NCBI GenBank assembly: GCA_903850915.1
Contig: CAINMV010000034.1
Span: forward strand, 37-64,036
Length of the DNA stretch: 64,000 nt
Source of the DNA: an uncultured Bacteroidota bacterium
GTDB taxonomy: Bacteria; Bacteroidota; Bacteroidia; UKL13-3
Direction of reading: 5' to 3'
The notes below the pieces were generated by a model, which did no database searches, was not told the origin of the DNA, and saw only the letters and a program-made list of their open reading frames with translations. Both the position numbers and the translations under genes were made by a program. Of the stretch, positions 8,376-18,286 are shown in pieces (the first letter of the stretch is position 1; every line of letters starts with the position of its first letter).

Positions 8376-10922
8376 ATGAGCGACGAAAAAATACTACCCG
8401 AGGACGCCGAACTTATCCAGAGTGATGCTGTAAACGACATGTACCAGAATTGGTTTCTGGACTATGCCAGCTATGTGATTCTTGACCGTGCGGTGCCACA
8501 TATAAACGATGGCCTAAAGCCGGTACAGCGAAGGATATTACATAGCATGCGCGAGTTGGATGATGGTCGTTTTAACAAAATTGCAAACGTGATTGGAAAC
8601 ACCATGAAATACCATCCTCACGGGGATGCAAGTATTGGTGATGCAACAGTACAATTGGGGCAAAAAAACTTGATGATAGAAACCCAAGGAAACTGGGGTG
8701 ATCCTGAAACTGGGGATAGCGCTGCAGCTCCGCGTTATATTGAAGGGAGGCTTTCTAAATTTGCGCAAGACGTTGCATTCAATCCAAAAACTACCGAATG
8801 GAAGCTGAGTTATGATGGCCGCAACAAAGAGCCAATAACGTTACCGATGAAATTCCCGTTACTCCTTGCGCAAGGCGTAGAAGGTATAGCAGTTGGACTT
8901 TCGACGAAACTGTTGCCCCATAACTTCATTGAATTAATAAAAGCCAGCATCGATTATTTGCGTGGCAGAAAAATAAACTTACTCCCCGACTTCCCCACTG
9001 GTGGCATTGCCGATGTAAGCAAATACAATGAAGGACTGCGCGGAGGAAAAGTACGCGTTCGAGCGCGCATTGAAGAACGGGACAGCAAAACTTTGGTGAT
9101 TACCGAAATCCCTTTTGGAACCACCACAGGAAGCCTGATGGAAAGTATCGTGAATGCTAACGATAAAGGAAAAATTAGAATCCGCAAGGTAGAAGATCTA
9201 ACCTCAAAAAATGTAGAGGTGGTGGTGCATTTAGCTGCCGGTGTGAGTCCGGATAAAACCATTGATGCCCTCTATGCCTTCACCGATTGTGAGTATGGCT
9301 TATCGCCCAACTCCTGCGTGATACGCGACGACAAGCCTCAATTTCTTTCCGTTAACGATATCTTAAAATTCAATACTGACCAAACGGTTCAGCTACTTAA
9401 GTTGGAACTAGAGATTGACCTGAAAGAATTGAATGAGAAATTGTTTTTCGCCTCGCTAGAAAAGATATTTATTGAAAATAGGATATACCGAAAAATTGAG
9501 GTAGCAGAAACCTTTGAAGAGGTAATTGCGATAATCGACAAAGGGTTACGACCGTATGTTAAGGATTTTTACAGAGATATTACGCGTGACGACATTTTAA
9601 AGCTGACCGAGCTACGTATCAAAAGAATTAGCAAATACGATAGCTTTCAGGCAGACGAGCTACTTAAAAAACTTGAAAAAGAAATTAAACAAGTTCGCTA
9701 TAACTTAAAAAACCTTATTGAATATTCTATTGAATATTACAATGAGATTTTAAAGAAATATGGCAAGGGCAAAGAACGAAAAACAGAGCTGCGCGAATTT
9801 GAAACAGTGCAAGTGAATGCTGTGGCTGCTAAGAACGCCAAATTGTATTTCAACGCCAAGGATGGATTTGCCGGCATGACCTTGAAGAATGACGAACTGA
9901 TAGCGGAATGCAGCGATATTGACGATGTTATAGTATTTAACGAAGATGGCACTATGAAGGTATTTAAAATTAGCGATAAAACCTTCGTAGGCAAAGATGT
10001 ACTGCATATCGCTATCTTTAAAAAAGGCGACGAACGTAGCATCTACAATATGATTTATCGCGATGGTGATAAAGGAGCTTCATACATGAAGCGCTTTAAT
10101 GTAACCGGTGTTACCCGTGATAAGCCTTACGACCTCACCCGAGGTAACAAAAACAGCAAAGTGCTTTATTTCACAGCAAATCCGAATGGAGAGGCCGAAT
10201 TGGTGGAAGTTAACCTGAAACCTAAAGTAGGATTGCGAAAGGATAAATTTGAAATTAACTTCGCCGATTTAGAAATCAAAGGTCGCGGAGCACAAGGTAA
10301 TTTAGTAACCAAATATGATGTGAAAAATGTGAAGATGCGCAAGAAAGGCATCTCTACTTTAGGCGGTGAAAAACGCTGGTTCGACAGCAACACCAAGCGA
10401 CTTAACAAAGAAGAACGCGGTATATATTTGGGTGAATTTCTTGCCAAAGACCGCATCATTGCCGTTTACAAATCCGGTAATTTCGAACTCACCAACTACG
10501 AGCTCACCAACCATTACCGCGAAGACATTACCATAATACAAAAACTAAAACCAAAGACCACCGTTAGTGCAGCCTACTATGATGTTGATAAGGCGAATTA
10601 TTATTTAAAACGCTTTACTATCGACAAATCGACAGAGGATAAACTATTTGGCTTTATTGGAGAGAATGAAAAGAATGAGCTTGTAAATGTTTGCTTGTTT
10701 GAAGATGCTCATTGTAAAGTGGAATTTGCAAAAGTAAAAGGATTATTGGCCGACCCCTTAGAGTTTGAATTGAGTGAATTTGTTGAGGTAGCCAATCCAA
10801 AGGCCGTTGGAAAGAAGATCACCTCTGATAAAGTAAAAGAAATTCGCTTTATCTCCTTAGACCCAGAAGAAGGCTTGGATGATATAGAGCAGAAGCCTGT
10901 TTTTAAAATGACATTATTTTAG
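8376..10922 (+). CDS. parC: DNA topoisomerase IV subunit A
   Basis: GyrA/ParC N-terminal breakage-reunion domain with a C-terminal beta-pinwheel region. It is 848 aa and adjacent to parE. Confidence 0.8.
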   Translation: MSDEKILPEDAELIQSDAVNDMYQNWFLDYASYVILDRAVPHINDGLKPVQRRILHSMRELDDGRFNKIANVIGNTMKYHPHGDASIGDATVQLGQKNLMIETQGNWGDPETGDSAAAPRYIEGRLSKFAQDVAFNPKTTEWKLSYDGRNKEPITLPMKFPLLLAQGVEGIAVGLSTKLLPHNFIELIKASIDYLRGRKINLLPDFPTGGIADVSKYNEGLRGGKVRVRARIEERDSKTLVITEIPFGTTTGSLMESIVNANDKGKIRIRKVEDLTSKNVEVVVHLAAGVSPDKTIDALYAFTDCEYGLSPNSCVIRDDKPQFLSVNDILKFNTDQTVQLLKLELEIDLKELNEKLFFASLEKIFIENRIYRKIEVAETFEEVIAIIDKGLRPYVKDFYRDITRDDILKLTELRIKRISKYDSFQADELLKKLEKEIKQVRYNLKNLIEYSIEYYNEILKKYGKGKERKTELREFETVQVNAVAAKNAKLYFNAKDGFAGMTLKNDELIAECSDIDDVIVFNEDGTMKVFKISDKTFVGKDVLHIAIFKKGDERSIYNMIYRDGDKGASYMKRFNVTGVTRDKPYDLTRGNKNSKVLYFTANPNGEAELVEVNLKPKVGLRKDKFEINFADLEIKGRGAQGNLVTKYDVKNVKMRKKGISTLGGEKRWFDSNTKRLNKEERGIYLGEFLAKDRIIAVYKSGNFELTNYELTNHYREDITIIQKLKPKTTVSAAYYDVDKANYYLKRFTIDKSTEDKLFGFIGENEKNELVNVCLFEDAHCKVEFAKVKGLLADPLEFELSEFVEVANPKAVGKKITSDKVKEIRFISLDPEEGLDDIEQKPVFKMTLF

Positions 10923-10986
10923 TAGGACGCTCCAATAATAACCATTAAAAAAAGCCATCAATCGAGAAATTTATTACCGCTTAATT

Positions 10987-11340
10987 GTGATGAACAAATC
11001 CATTAAAAACGCCCTAAATGGGCTTTTCAGAGCATTTGCTACACAAAAAAGCCTTTGGATTCAAAGCTTAATTTCGATTGTAGCGATATTCGCCGGCTTT
11101 TACTTCACTCTTTCACGATTGGATTGGCTTGCGTTAGTAATTTGTATCGGAACCGTAATTGGTGCCGAGCTGTTTAATACCGCCATTGAAGAGGTCGTGA
11201 ATTTCATTTCGCCAGAATACCACATTCAGGCCGGTTTAATAAAAGACATTGCCGCTGGCGCTGTATTGTTTTTAGCTATTATCGCTGTTTTTGTTGGTGG
11301 CCTAATTTTCATCCCAAAAGTAGTTGCCTTGTTCCCCTAA
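10987..11340 (+). CDS. dgkA: diacylglycerol kinase (prokaryotic DgkA family)
   Basis: Three-TM, 117-aa protein with DAGK_prokar-like ELFNTAIE motifs. Confidence 0.75.
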   Translation: MMNKSIKNALNGLFRAFATQKSLWIQSLISIVAIFAGFYFTLSRLDWLALVICIGTVIGAELFNTAIEEVVNFISPEYHIQAGLIKDIAAGAVLFLAIIAVFVGGLIFIPKVVALFP

Positions 11341-11423
11341 TTGCGTCAAATCAGTTTACATTGACGTCAAATACAATAAAAACTTAATTCCATTTTATTC
11401 TTTATCAAATCGAAAAAACAAAA

Positions 11424-12224
11424 ATGAAACCCTCAATAGATTATATTTCGCAAAATAAGGCCGCCTGGGACACCAAGACTGAATTCCATATAGATTCTGC
11501 CTTTTACGACAACAAAGGCTTCCTGGCGGGCAAAAACACGTTAAATTCGATAGAATTAGACCTGCTCGGTGACGTAAAAGATAAAACCATCCTACATTTG
11601 CAATGTCATTTTGGGCAAGATAGCCTCTCGTTGGCACGCATGGGCGCCACGGTTACCGGCATTGACTTCTCGGAGAAAGCCATTGAAAAAGCGCGCGATT
11701 TAAATCAACAGCTTAACCTTAATGCCAACTTTCACTGTTGTGAGCTGTATGAATGTGCAAATTACCTTAACGCGCCCTTCGATCTTGTTTTTACAAGTTA
11801 TGGAACCATTGGCTGGCTTCCAGACTTAAATAACTGGGCTAAAATTATTACCAATGCACTTAAACCCGGCGGACGATTTATTATGGCCGACTTTCACCCG
11901 GTGGTATGGATGATGGATAGTGCTTTTTCGGAAATCAAATATTCGTATTTCAACGCCGAGGACATCATTGAGACCGAAACCGGCAGCTATGCCGACAAGT
12001 CAGCTCCGATAGAATACACTACGGTATCGTGGAATCATAGCTTGAGTGAATTGTTAAACGCTTTAATCCAAAATGGTTTAGAAATAGCACTTTTTAATGA
12101 ATATGACTACTCACCCTACCCCTGCTTTAATGGCATGGAAGAGCGAACCAAAGGACAGTTTCAAATTCAACATTTAGGAGATAAAATTCCTTTAGTATAT
12201 GCACTTGTAGCATTTAAAAAATAA
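11424..12224 (+). CDS. class I SAM-dependent methyltransferase
   Basis: Motif I region is DLGCG-like (LHLQCHFGQDS...GIDFSE). Confidence 0.7.
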   Translation: MKPSIDYISQNKAAWDTKTEFHIDSAFYDNKGFLAGKNTLNSIELDLLGDVKDKTILHLQCHFGQDSLSLARMGATVTGIDFSEKAIEKARDLNQQLNLNANFHCCELYECANYLNAPFDLVFTSYGTIGWLPDLNNWAKIITNALKPGGRFIMADFHPVVWMMDSAFSEIKYSYFNAEDIIETETGSYADKSAPIEYTTVSWNHSLSELLNALIQNGLEIALFNEYDYSPYPCFNGMEERTKGQFQIQHLGDKIPLVYALVAFKK

Positions 12225-12230
12225 AATACC

Positions 12231-13118
12231 ATGGCATTAATATTAATACTAGGCGCAAGGGGCTTAATTGGCCGTAACTTAAAAGCACATCTTACCATGC
12301 AAGGTCATGAGGTTCGTTATTTCGTGCGTGAGCAAAGGAAAGCGGATGATATTACCTCCTTTTACTGGAACTATGAACGTGAAGAGGTGGACATAAAGGC
12401 ATTTCGTGATGTAGATTATATCATCAATCTCTCGGGCGCCAACATCAGCAAGCGCTGGACCTTCAAATACAAAAAAGAAATTTATGACAGTCGCATTATG
12501 ACGCTCCAATTTCTTTACAATATCCTTAAAAAGCATCAAATTCGCGTTAAAAAAATAATCAGTGTGTCGGGCACCGGCTACTATGGCGATACACTTGAGC
12601 AACACTGTACCGAAACCAGTGTAACAGGCAAAGACTTTCTAGCAATGGTATGCAGAGATTGGGAAGATGCAGCAAATAAGTTTAACGAAATGAAAATTTC
12701 GACTTGTATTTTACGTCTAGGAGTAGTAATGAGCTTAAAAGGTGGATTTATTCCTAGAATAGCCACTCCAATGCGCTTTTTTGTTGGCACACACCTCGGA
12801 ACGGGCAAGCAAGTGGTGAGCTGGATCTCTCTCAACGATGCTTGCCGACTTTTTGAACATGTGATTGAAAAAAATCTTGTTGGCACCTATAACGCCACCT
12901 CATCCAACCCATTATCGCTGGAGGAGATTGATAACAGCATCGCCCAATTTTACCATCGTAAGATATGGCTTCCAAATGTTCCAACCAAACTGGTAAAACT
13001 ACTTTTAGGAGAGATGAGCGCAATTGTGCTCAGCAGCTGTTGGACGGACAACAACAGAATTAAGAACACCGGATTTACATTTCAGGAAGAGCAATTTGAC
13101 CACTGTTTAAGATATTAG
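12231..13118 (+). CDS. TIGR01777/YfcH-family NAD-dependent epimerase-like protein (DUF1731 C-terminus)
   Basis: N-terminal Rossmann GxxGxxG motif (ILGARGLIG). Length is typical for the family. Confidence 0.7.
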   Translation: MALILILGARGLIGRNLKAHLTMQGHEVRYFVREQRKADDITSFYWNYEREEVDIKAFRDVDYIINLSGANISKRWTFKYKKEIYDSRIMTLQFLYNILKKHQIRVKKIISVSGTGYYGDTLEQHCTETSVTGKDFLAMVCRDWEDAANKFNEMKISTCILRLGVVMSLKGGFIPRIATPMRFFVGTHLGTGKQVVSWISLNDACRLFEHVIEKNLVGTYNATSSNPLSLEEIDNSIAQFYHRKIWLPNVPTKLVKLLLGEMSAIVLSSCWTDNNRIKNTGFTFQEEQFDHCLRY

Positions 13119-13119
13119 T

Positions 13120-15888
13120 TTACTGTTGTAACCCTGCCTTACGTTTCGCCTCCTCCAGTAGCGCATCGGCATTGATGGTTGCTTCGTTAAGAATCCTTTG
13201 CGCTTTCGCATCGGCCTCTTTCTTCAACTTCTCTGAAGCCACCTTTGCTGCCATTTTACCAAGTGGATTTTGCACGCTATTTACCAAGCTATCTGCTGTT
13301 TTATAGGCTTGGAGCTTAATGATATTTGCATAATTCGAAGCATCCATTTTAATTTTATCGGCTTGTAACTTCGCCGCATTTATTAACTTTAACGAGGCCT
13401 CACGTGCTTGTGATTCACCGAGTAGTTTTAAATTATTTAATGAATCTTGCGCTCTTTTCACGAGCGCATCTCTTAAGTCATCGAGCGCCTTATTGGCCAT
13501 ATTACGCAGGCTAGTTGTGATTTCAGGCTTTAGCATGTTTCCTTTTATAAACACATCCACGTCAACGTTATCGCCGAGCGTTACTGGCACTGCCGTATTT
13601 TTATTCGCATTTTCAATCATCGAATTCAATGCCGTGTTAGTTGCCCCAAATTCACTTCGTGGAATACTTAGCTTCAAATGAAAACTCATGTTTTTATCCA
13701 AGCCCGTGACACCCTCTAAAAGTTCGATTCCATAATTATTCCATTTTGTTTTAAAAGGCTTTATAATAACTTCTCCTTTGTTTATCATAAAATTCAACAA
13801 CAAATTTTGCATGTCGAATCGCTTTAGCTTTGCAAGCTGCAGTTGATCCGATAGAAGCGCAAGCACCTCCCCCCCTTCCATGGTGGCTTTTGCGATATTG
13901 AGGCTACCCAAGCTGGTAATCGAATTTAAAATGGGATTAAAGTCCCGATCAAAGGCGCCATAATACGTTAATTTCGAATTTAAATTACCCTTCATTAAGG
14001 CTGCCATAGGAGCCAATGACTTCACCGAATTAAAAGCAACAAATGCCTTTTGAATATCGAGATTTTGAATCCCAAAATCGAAGTTAAAAATTGGCTTACT
14101 AATCGCACGAGAATTGTATTTCCCATTCAACACAAACTTCGCATCCAGCATTTCCAAAGAGGCATTTTCAATTGCTAACTCCCCATCATTGATGTGTATT
14201 TCGCCTAATACATTCGAAATGTTGTAGGTGTTGTATTTTAAGCTTTTAATTTTCGATTTACATAGAAAGTCAATGTTTTCAGGGATCTTCACCGGCTTCA
14301 TCACGGAGGTATCTGCTGTGCCATCGGCTTTATTGCTATTTAGCATCTCATTAACATCGAGCATATTTGACGTAATATTCAAGGCACCTTTAATTTTCCC
14401 ATTGTGTAGTAAAAACCCGAAAAAGTTTTCTAGTTTCCCTTCCGCCTCTATATCGGAATGGCCAACACCAATTTTACAATCGGCTAGTGTAATTTGTGAT
14501 GGCGATAACTGCGCAGCGGCATAAGGCAAATTAATCGACAATGCACCTTTACTTTCATATACGATATCTTGCGCTATAAACTTACCCGATGCTTTTAGTT
14601 TTTCGTAATCGCCATTGCTGATAAACGCTACATTGCCCTTTGCTGCGATGTTAATGGACAACAAGCCACTTAGCTTTGTGTCGGCCAACGGTACAATTTG
14701 TGTTATCGTAGCCAAATTTAACCTACCATCAAGCGCTATATCCAAAAAAGTATTCGAGATGGGATTGGTGATTTTTAAATTTCCATCAAGGATATCGTCA
14801 CCAACCGCCGCGTGAAATTGTTGCAGATCGATATTGGTATGATCCATCACGCCATCAGGATTGTTGATATGCAGCGCCATATTTACGTTAGAAATGCGCT
14901 GTGGCAAATCGGGGTATTTGAACGAGCCGTTTTTTACGCCTAGGTGCAAGCCAAAAGAAGGCATTTGATAATCGCTATAAACCCCCTTCACATTGGCAGT
15001 GAAGCCAAATTCCCCTTCAGACTGCAACGACTCAAACTTGTTTTTATATAATGCTGGAAGTAAACTTAACAGCTTTTTAAATTCTGTTTGGTTGTTGCTT
15101 ATTGCCAGATCCATTTCCATATCCGTATCGTTGGGCAGAGCCAAAAAACCATTAACGGTAACAGCCAAATCATTACAAGCGAATACATTTTCTTTAAATT
15201 CAAATCGGTAGGTATTTAAATCCACATTAAGCTTTGCATCCACCATCGCTTTTACATGATTTAAATAGGCCACTCCTCCATATATCATTGTTAAATCGCG
15301 TACATCCGTTTTCGTTTTAAGATCAAAAACCATCGCTTGAAAGTTGCCACTTCCTAGGTGATTAACACCATCTAACGCCAAAGAGAATCCAATCCCCTCA
15401 TCATTGTATTTAATTCGACCATTTTTAATTTCGTAAACATCGAGATTCACTTTCAAGCTAGACTTGGTGGTATCGGAAGCACCGTTTGGCTTGATTATTT
15501 CGTAATTCGCCTTACCATTTTTATGGTATATAATATTAACATAGGGATCAAGGGCATAAAACTTACGAATAGAAACTTCGCGCGCATCCCACAGTGTTTT
15601 TAAGTCCACCACCACCTGCATCGACTTAAAATACAATAACGTATCGCCTTCAAACTCATCCTTTCCTAAAATACCAACGTTAGATAAAGTGATGCTCAAA
15701 TTGGGGAAGTTTTTAAATAGGTTCAGACCGATATCATTGTCGAAGGATAGATTGGCATTAATATTTTTATTCGCTACGAGTTTTATACGCTCTACAATTT
15801 CACCCTTAAAGAAAAGCGGCACCGCAATTAAAAAAGATAAAAACGCAAGGATCGTAATTCCAGCGATTGTGATTAGTTTCTTTTTCAT
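13120..15888 (-). CDS. AsmA-family large envelope protein (N-terminal anchor, long beta-rich body, Ala/Lys-rich helical tail)
   Basis: 922 aa with a single N-terminal TM segment. Architecture resembles AsmA/TamB-like proteins. Confidence 0.5.
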   Translation of the reverse strand: MKKKLITIAGITILAFLSFLIAVPLFFKGEIVERIKLVANKNINANLSFDNDIGLNLFKNFPNLSITLSNVGILGKDEFEGDTLLYFKSMQVVVDLKTLWDAREVSIRKFYALDPYVNIIYHKNGKANYEIIKPNGASDTTKSSLKVNLDVYEIKNGRIKYNDEGIGFSLALDGVNHLGSGNFQAMVFDLKTKTDVRDLTMIYGGVAYLNHVKAMVDAKLNVDLNTYRFEFKENVFACNDLAVTVNGFLALPNDTDMEMDLAISNNQTEFKKLLSLLPALYKNKFESLQSEGEFGFTANVKGVYSDYQMPSFGLHLGVKNGSFKYPDLPQRISNVNMALHINNPDGVMDHTNIDLQQFHAAVGDDILDGNLKITNPISNTFLDIALDGRLNLATITQIVPLADTKLSGLLSINIAAKGNVAFISNGDYEKLKASGKFIAQDIVYESKGALSINLPYAAAQLSPSQITLADCKIGVGHSDIEAEGKLENFFGFLLHNGKIKGALNITSNMLDVNEMLNSNKADGTADTSVMKPVKIPENIDFLCKSKIKSLKYNTYNISNVLGEIHINDGELAIENASLEMLDAKFVLNGKYNSRAISKPIFNFDFGIQNLDIQKAFVAFNSVKSLAPMAALMKGNLNSKLTYYGAFDRDFNPILNSITSLGSLNIAKATMEGGEVLALLSDQLQLAKLKRFDMQNLLLNFMINKGEVIIKPFKTKWNNYGIELLEGVTGLDKNMSFHLKLSIPRSEFGATNTALNSMIENANKNTAVPVTLGDNVDVDVFIKGNMLKPEITTSLRNMANKALDDLRDALVKRAQDSLNNLKLLGESQAREASLKLINAAKLQADKIKMDASNYANIIKLQAYKTADSLVNSVQNPLGKMAAKVASEKLKKEADAKAQRILNEATINADALLEEAKRKAGLQQ

Positions 15889-16077
15889 CCCACAAAATTA
15901 GGTTACTTAAATAATATAATTAATCTAAATATAGCCCCATAACCTGACAAAGTCGATAACGTGATTGACAAATTAGCACTATAAACATTTTTTATTGCCA
16001 ATATGTGCATAAAACAAATAAAGGAACTGTAATTGACTGCTTTACTTTGTAACTCAAAAAAATAACATTAAAAAATC

Positions 16078-16395
16078 ATGGCAATAGAATTCACCGATGC
16101 AAACTTCGAAGCTGAAGTATTAAAATCTGATAAACCTGTAATTGTGGACTTTTGGGCCGAGTGGTGCGGTCCGTGCAGGATGGTTGGCCCTGTAGTAGAA
16201 GAGCTTGCCAATGAATACAAAGACACCGCTGTAATAGGCAAGTTAAATGTAGATCATAACCCGCAAACAGCCATTGCCTATGGCATTCGCAACATTCCAG
16301 CGATTCTGTATTTTAAAAATGGGCAGGTTGTAGATCGCCAAGTGGGCGTAGCACCTAAAAATGTTTTGCAAAGCAAATTAGAATCACAAATGTAA
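16078..16395 (+). CDS. trxA: thioredoxin
   Basis: WCGPC active site; 105 aa. Confidence 0.95.
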   Translation: MAIEFTDANFEAEVLKSDKPVIVDFWAEWCGPCRMVGPVVEELANEYKDTAVIGKLNVDHNPQTAIAYGIRNIPAILYFKNGQVVDRQVGVAPKNVLQSKLESQM

Positions 16396-16422
16396 TAATC
16401 GATTACATTAATAAACTTAAAA

Positions 16423-16449
16423 AGCTACACTAGCGTGTGGCTTTTTTTA
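16423..16449 (+). terminator. rho-independent terminator after trxA
   Basis: Hairpin AGCTACAC-tagc-GTGTGGCT followed by a T7 run. Confidence 0.7.
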
Positions 16450-16492
16450 TACGCAAAAAGAAAGCGATATGTGGCAGTTAAACCCAAGGCTA

Positions 16493-17764
16493 TTATTTTG
16501 AACGGATAGCCTCTACAGGATCGAGGCGTGAGGCGGCAAAAGCAGGAATTATACCCGCCAGAATTCCGATAGTAAAAGAGATGATGAATGCTATTCCGAT
16601 ATTAAATAAAGAGAGGACCAATTCGAAACCGATAAGTTTGGCTATTCCGATTGCCATGACCACCAAGAGCAATCCAACAAAAGCACCCATGATGCAAAGC
16701 AACACCGCCTCCACCAGAAATTGTATCAAAATAAAGTTATTCTTAGCGCCTAGCGCCTTTTGAATTCCGATTAAACTTGTGCGTTCCTTTACGGATACAA
16801 ACATAATATTCGCCACTCCGAAGCAGCCAACAATAATTGAGAAAAGACCGACGATAGCGCCTACGATCCATAATATACTAAACAAACTATCAAACGCTGT
16901 TGTTATCATCGACAGTTCATTAACAGCAAAATTATCTTCGAGTCCAGGCGATATTTTACGAATAGCACGCATATTTTTTCGCACCTCATCCATAATAAAA
17001 TCCATACTAACCTTTTCAAGAGGTTTAACATATATACTAGGTTCGATGAAATTATGCCCTACGGCAATGACCGTTTTGATATAATTATACGTTAAGATAG
17101 CTGAACCATCGAGACTTGTTTGAAGGAGATTGGTACCCTCCTTTTTTAGGATACCGATTACAGTAACCTTTCGTCCTCCCATTTTAATGACCTTACCAAG
17201 AGCATCCTCGGGCTTACTAAAAAGGCCTTCGGCGATGTCGTTGCCAATAACGACGGCGTTACTACCTGTATAGAAGTCGAGTTCAGAGAAGAAGCGGCCG
17301 GAGGCAATCTCAAATCCCCTTATTTTCTCGTAATTAGAGGTACATGCTATGATTCCGGGGTTACTAACGATATTGTCGGCATATTTAAAGTTATCCGCAT
17401 TATAATTCAGCATGAGACAACATGTTGCCTGATCTTTCAATGCGGCACTTAGTTTTTCATATTCACTATATTTGGCTACAGGCCGGTTAACAAATTTCCA
17501 CCACGGGTAATCGCCTCCAAAAATAAGCGGCCATTTTTGTACCAGCACCATATTGCTTCCTAGCGCATCGATACTACTATGTATGTTACGTTGTAGCGAG
17601 TCGACCAAGGAAAAAACGAGTATAATACAAAAAATGCCTATAGAGATGCCGAGTGTAGATAAAAAAGACCTCAGTTTATTTGCTGCGATAGCCTGAAAAG
17701 CCCCGCGCATACTTTCCATTAGAATTTGGAGCGTGAGCAAAACTGAAGGTTTCCGGCGATTCAT
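16493..17764 (-). CDS. ABC transporter permease, FtsX/MacB family
   Basis: N-terminal TM, then a large periplasmic domain, then four C-terminal TM helices (FtsX domain). Start is ambiguous between 17806, 17764 and 17719. Confidence 0.8.
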   Translation of the reverse strand: MNRRKPSVLLTLQILMESMRGAFQAIAANKLRSFLSTLGISIGIFCIILVFSLVDSLQRNIHSSIDALGSNMVLVQKWPLIFGGDYPWWKFVNRPVAKYSEYEKLSAALKDQATCCLMLNYNADNFKYADNIVSNPGIIACTSNYEKIRGFEIASGRFFSELDFYTGSNAVVIGNDIAEGLFSKPEDALGKVIKMGGRKVTVIGILKKEGTNLLQTSLDGSAILTYNYIKTVIAVGHNFIEPSIYVKPLEKVSMDFIMDEVRKNMRAIRKISPGLEDNFAVNELSMITTAFDSLFSILWIVGAIVGLFSIIVGCFGVANIMFVSVKERTSLIGIQKALGAKNNFILIQFLVEAVLLCIMGAFVGLLLVVMAIGIAKLIGFELVLSLFNIGIAFIISFTIGILAGIIPAFAASRLDPVEAIRSK

Positions 17765-17925
17765 GGAGGATAATAGAGATGCAAAAATAGCGTAGGTTAG
17801 GCACAATAAAGTGCCTATTTGTTGACAAAAGGAAATTAATTATTAAATAATGATTTGTTGCAGTCAAAAAAAAAGTTACCTTTGCGCTCCTTTTAAAAAA
17901 AGAAAAGTACTTTAAAATAGACTTT

Positions 17926-17998
17926 GATTCCGTAGCTCAGCTGGTAGAGCATTACACTTTTAATGTAGGGGTCCTGGGTTCGAATCCCAGCGGGATCA
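17926..17998 (+). tRNA. tRNA-Lys (anticodon TTT)
   Basis: Hand-folded. Acceptor GATTCCG/CGGGATC. Anticodon loop CTTTTAA. T-arm GGGTTCGAATCCC. Confidence 0.85.
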
Positions 17999-18014
17999 CA
18001 TCTAAAAACAAAAA

Positions 18015-18050
18015 AGCCTTGGTAACGTAAAGTTTACCGAGGCTTTTTTT
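18015..18050 (+). terminator. rho-independent terminator after tRNA-Lys
   Basis: 11-bp stem AGCCTTGGTAA/TTACCGAGGCT followed by a T7 run. Confidence 0.75.
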
Positions 18051-18286
18051 ATTTATGGTCAATACGGCCTGATTTTACAAATTAGTAGAATTAGAAACAA
18101 CGCTACAATGTAATGAGGCACAGTGGAGCTAAGGAAATGGGGCAGGTAAATAACGGAAATACCCCGAAAACTAATACAATAAGAGTCCGATAGTCAATTC
18201 AAGTTTTGATTAGAAATAATTTTCGTTTTCTTTGTAACTTGATTTCACTTACAAAAATTAGGTATCGTATGTTTAGCTCCATAATC

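Noticed and set aside
8538-10541. Multiple 60-100-aa antisense ORFs inside parC, and similar ones inside parE, the AsmA-like gene, the permease, guaA and the TonB receptor
   Set aside because: Short, lacking conservation signals and embedded in strongly supported genes. Typical six-frame noise.
11395-11637. 80-aa minus-strand ORF overlapping the start of the methyltransferase gene
   Set aside because: It overlaps a well-supported + strand CDS and is Cys/Arg-rich low complexity typical of antisense noise.
17926-18286. Possible mobile-element integration at tRNA-Lys
   Set aside because: I found no integrase or recombinase and no duplicated tRNA 3' end downstream. It is kept only as a positional hint in the findings.
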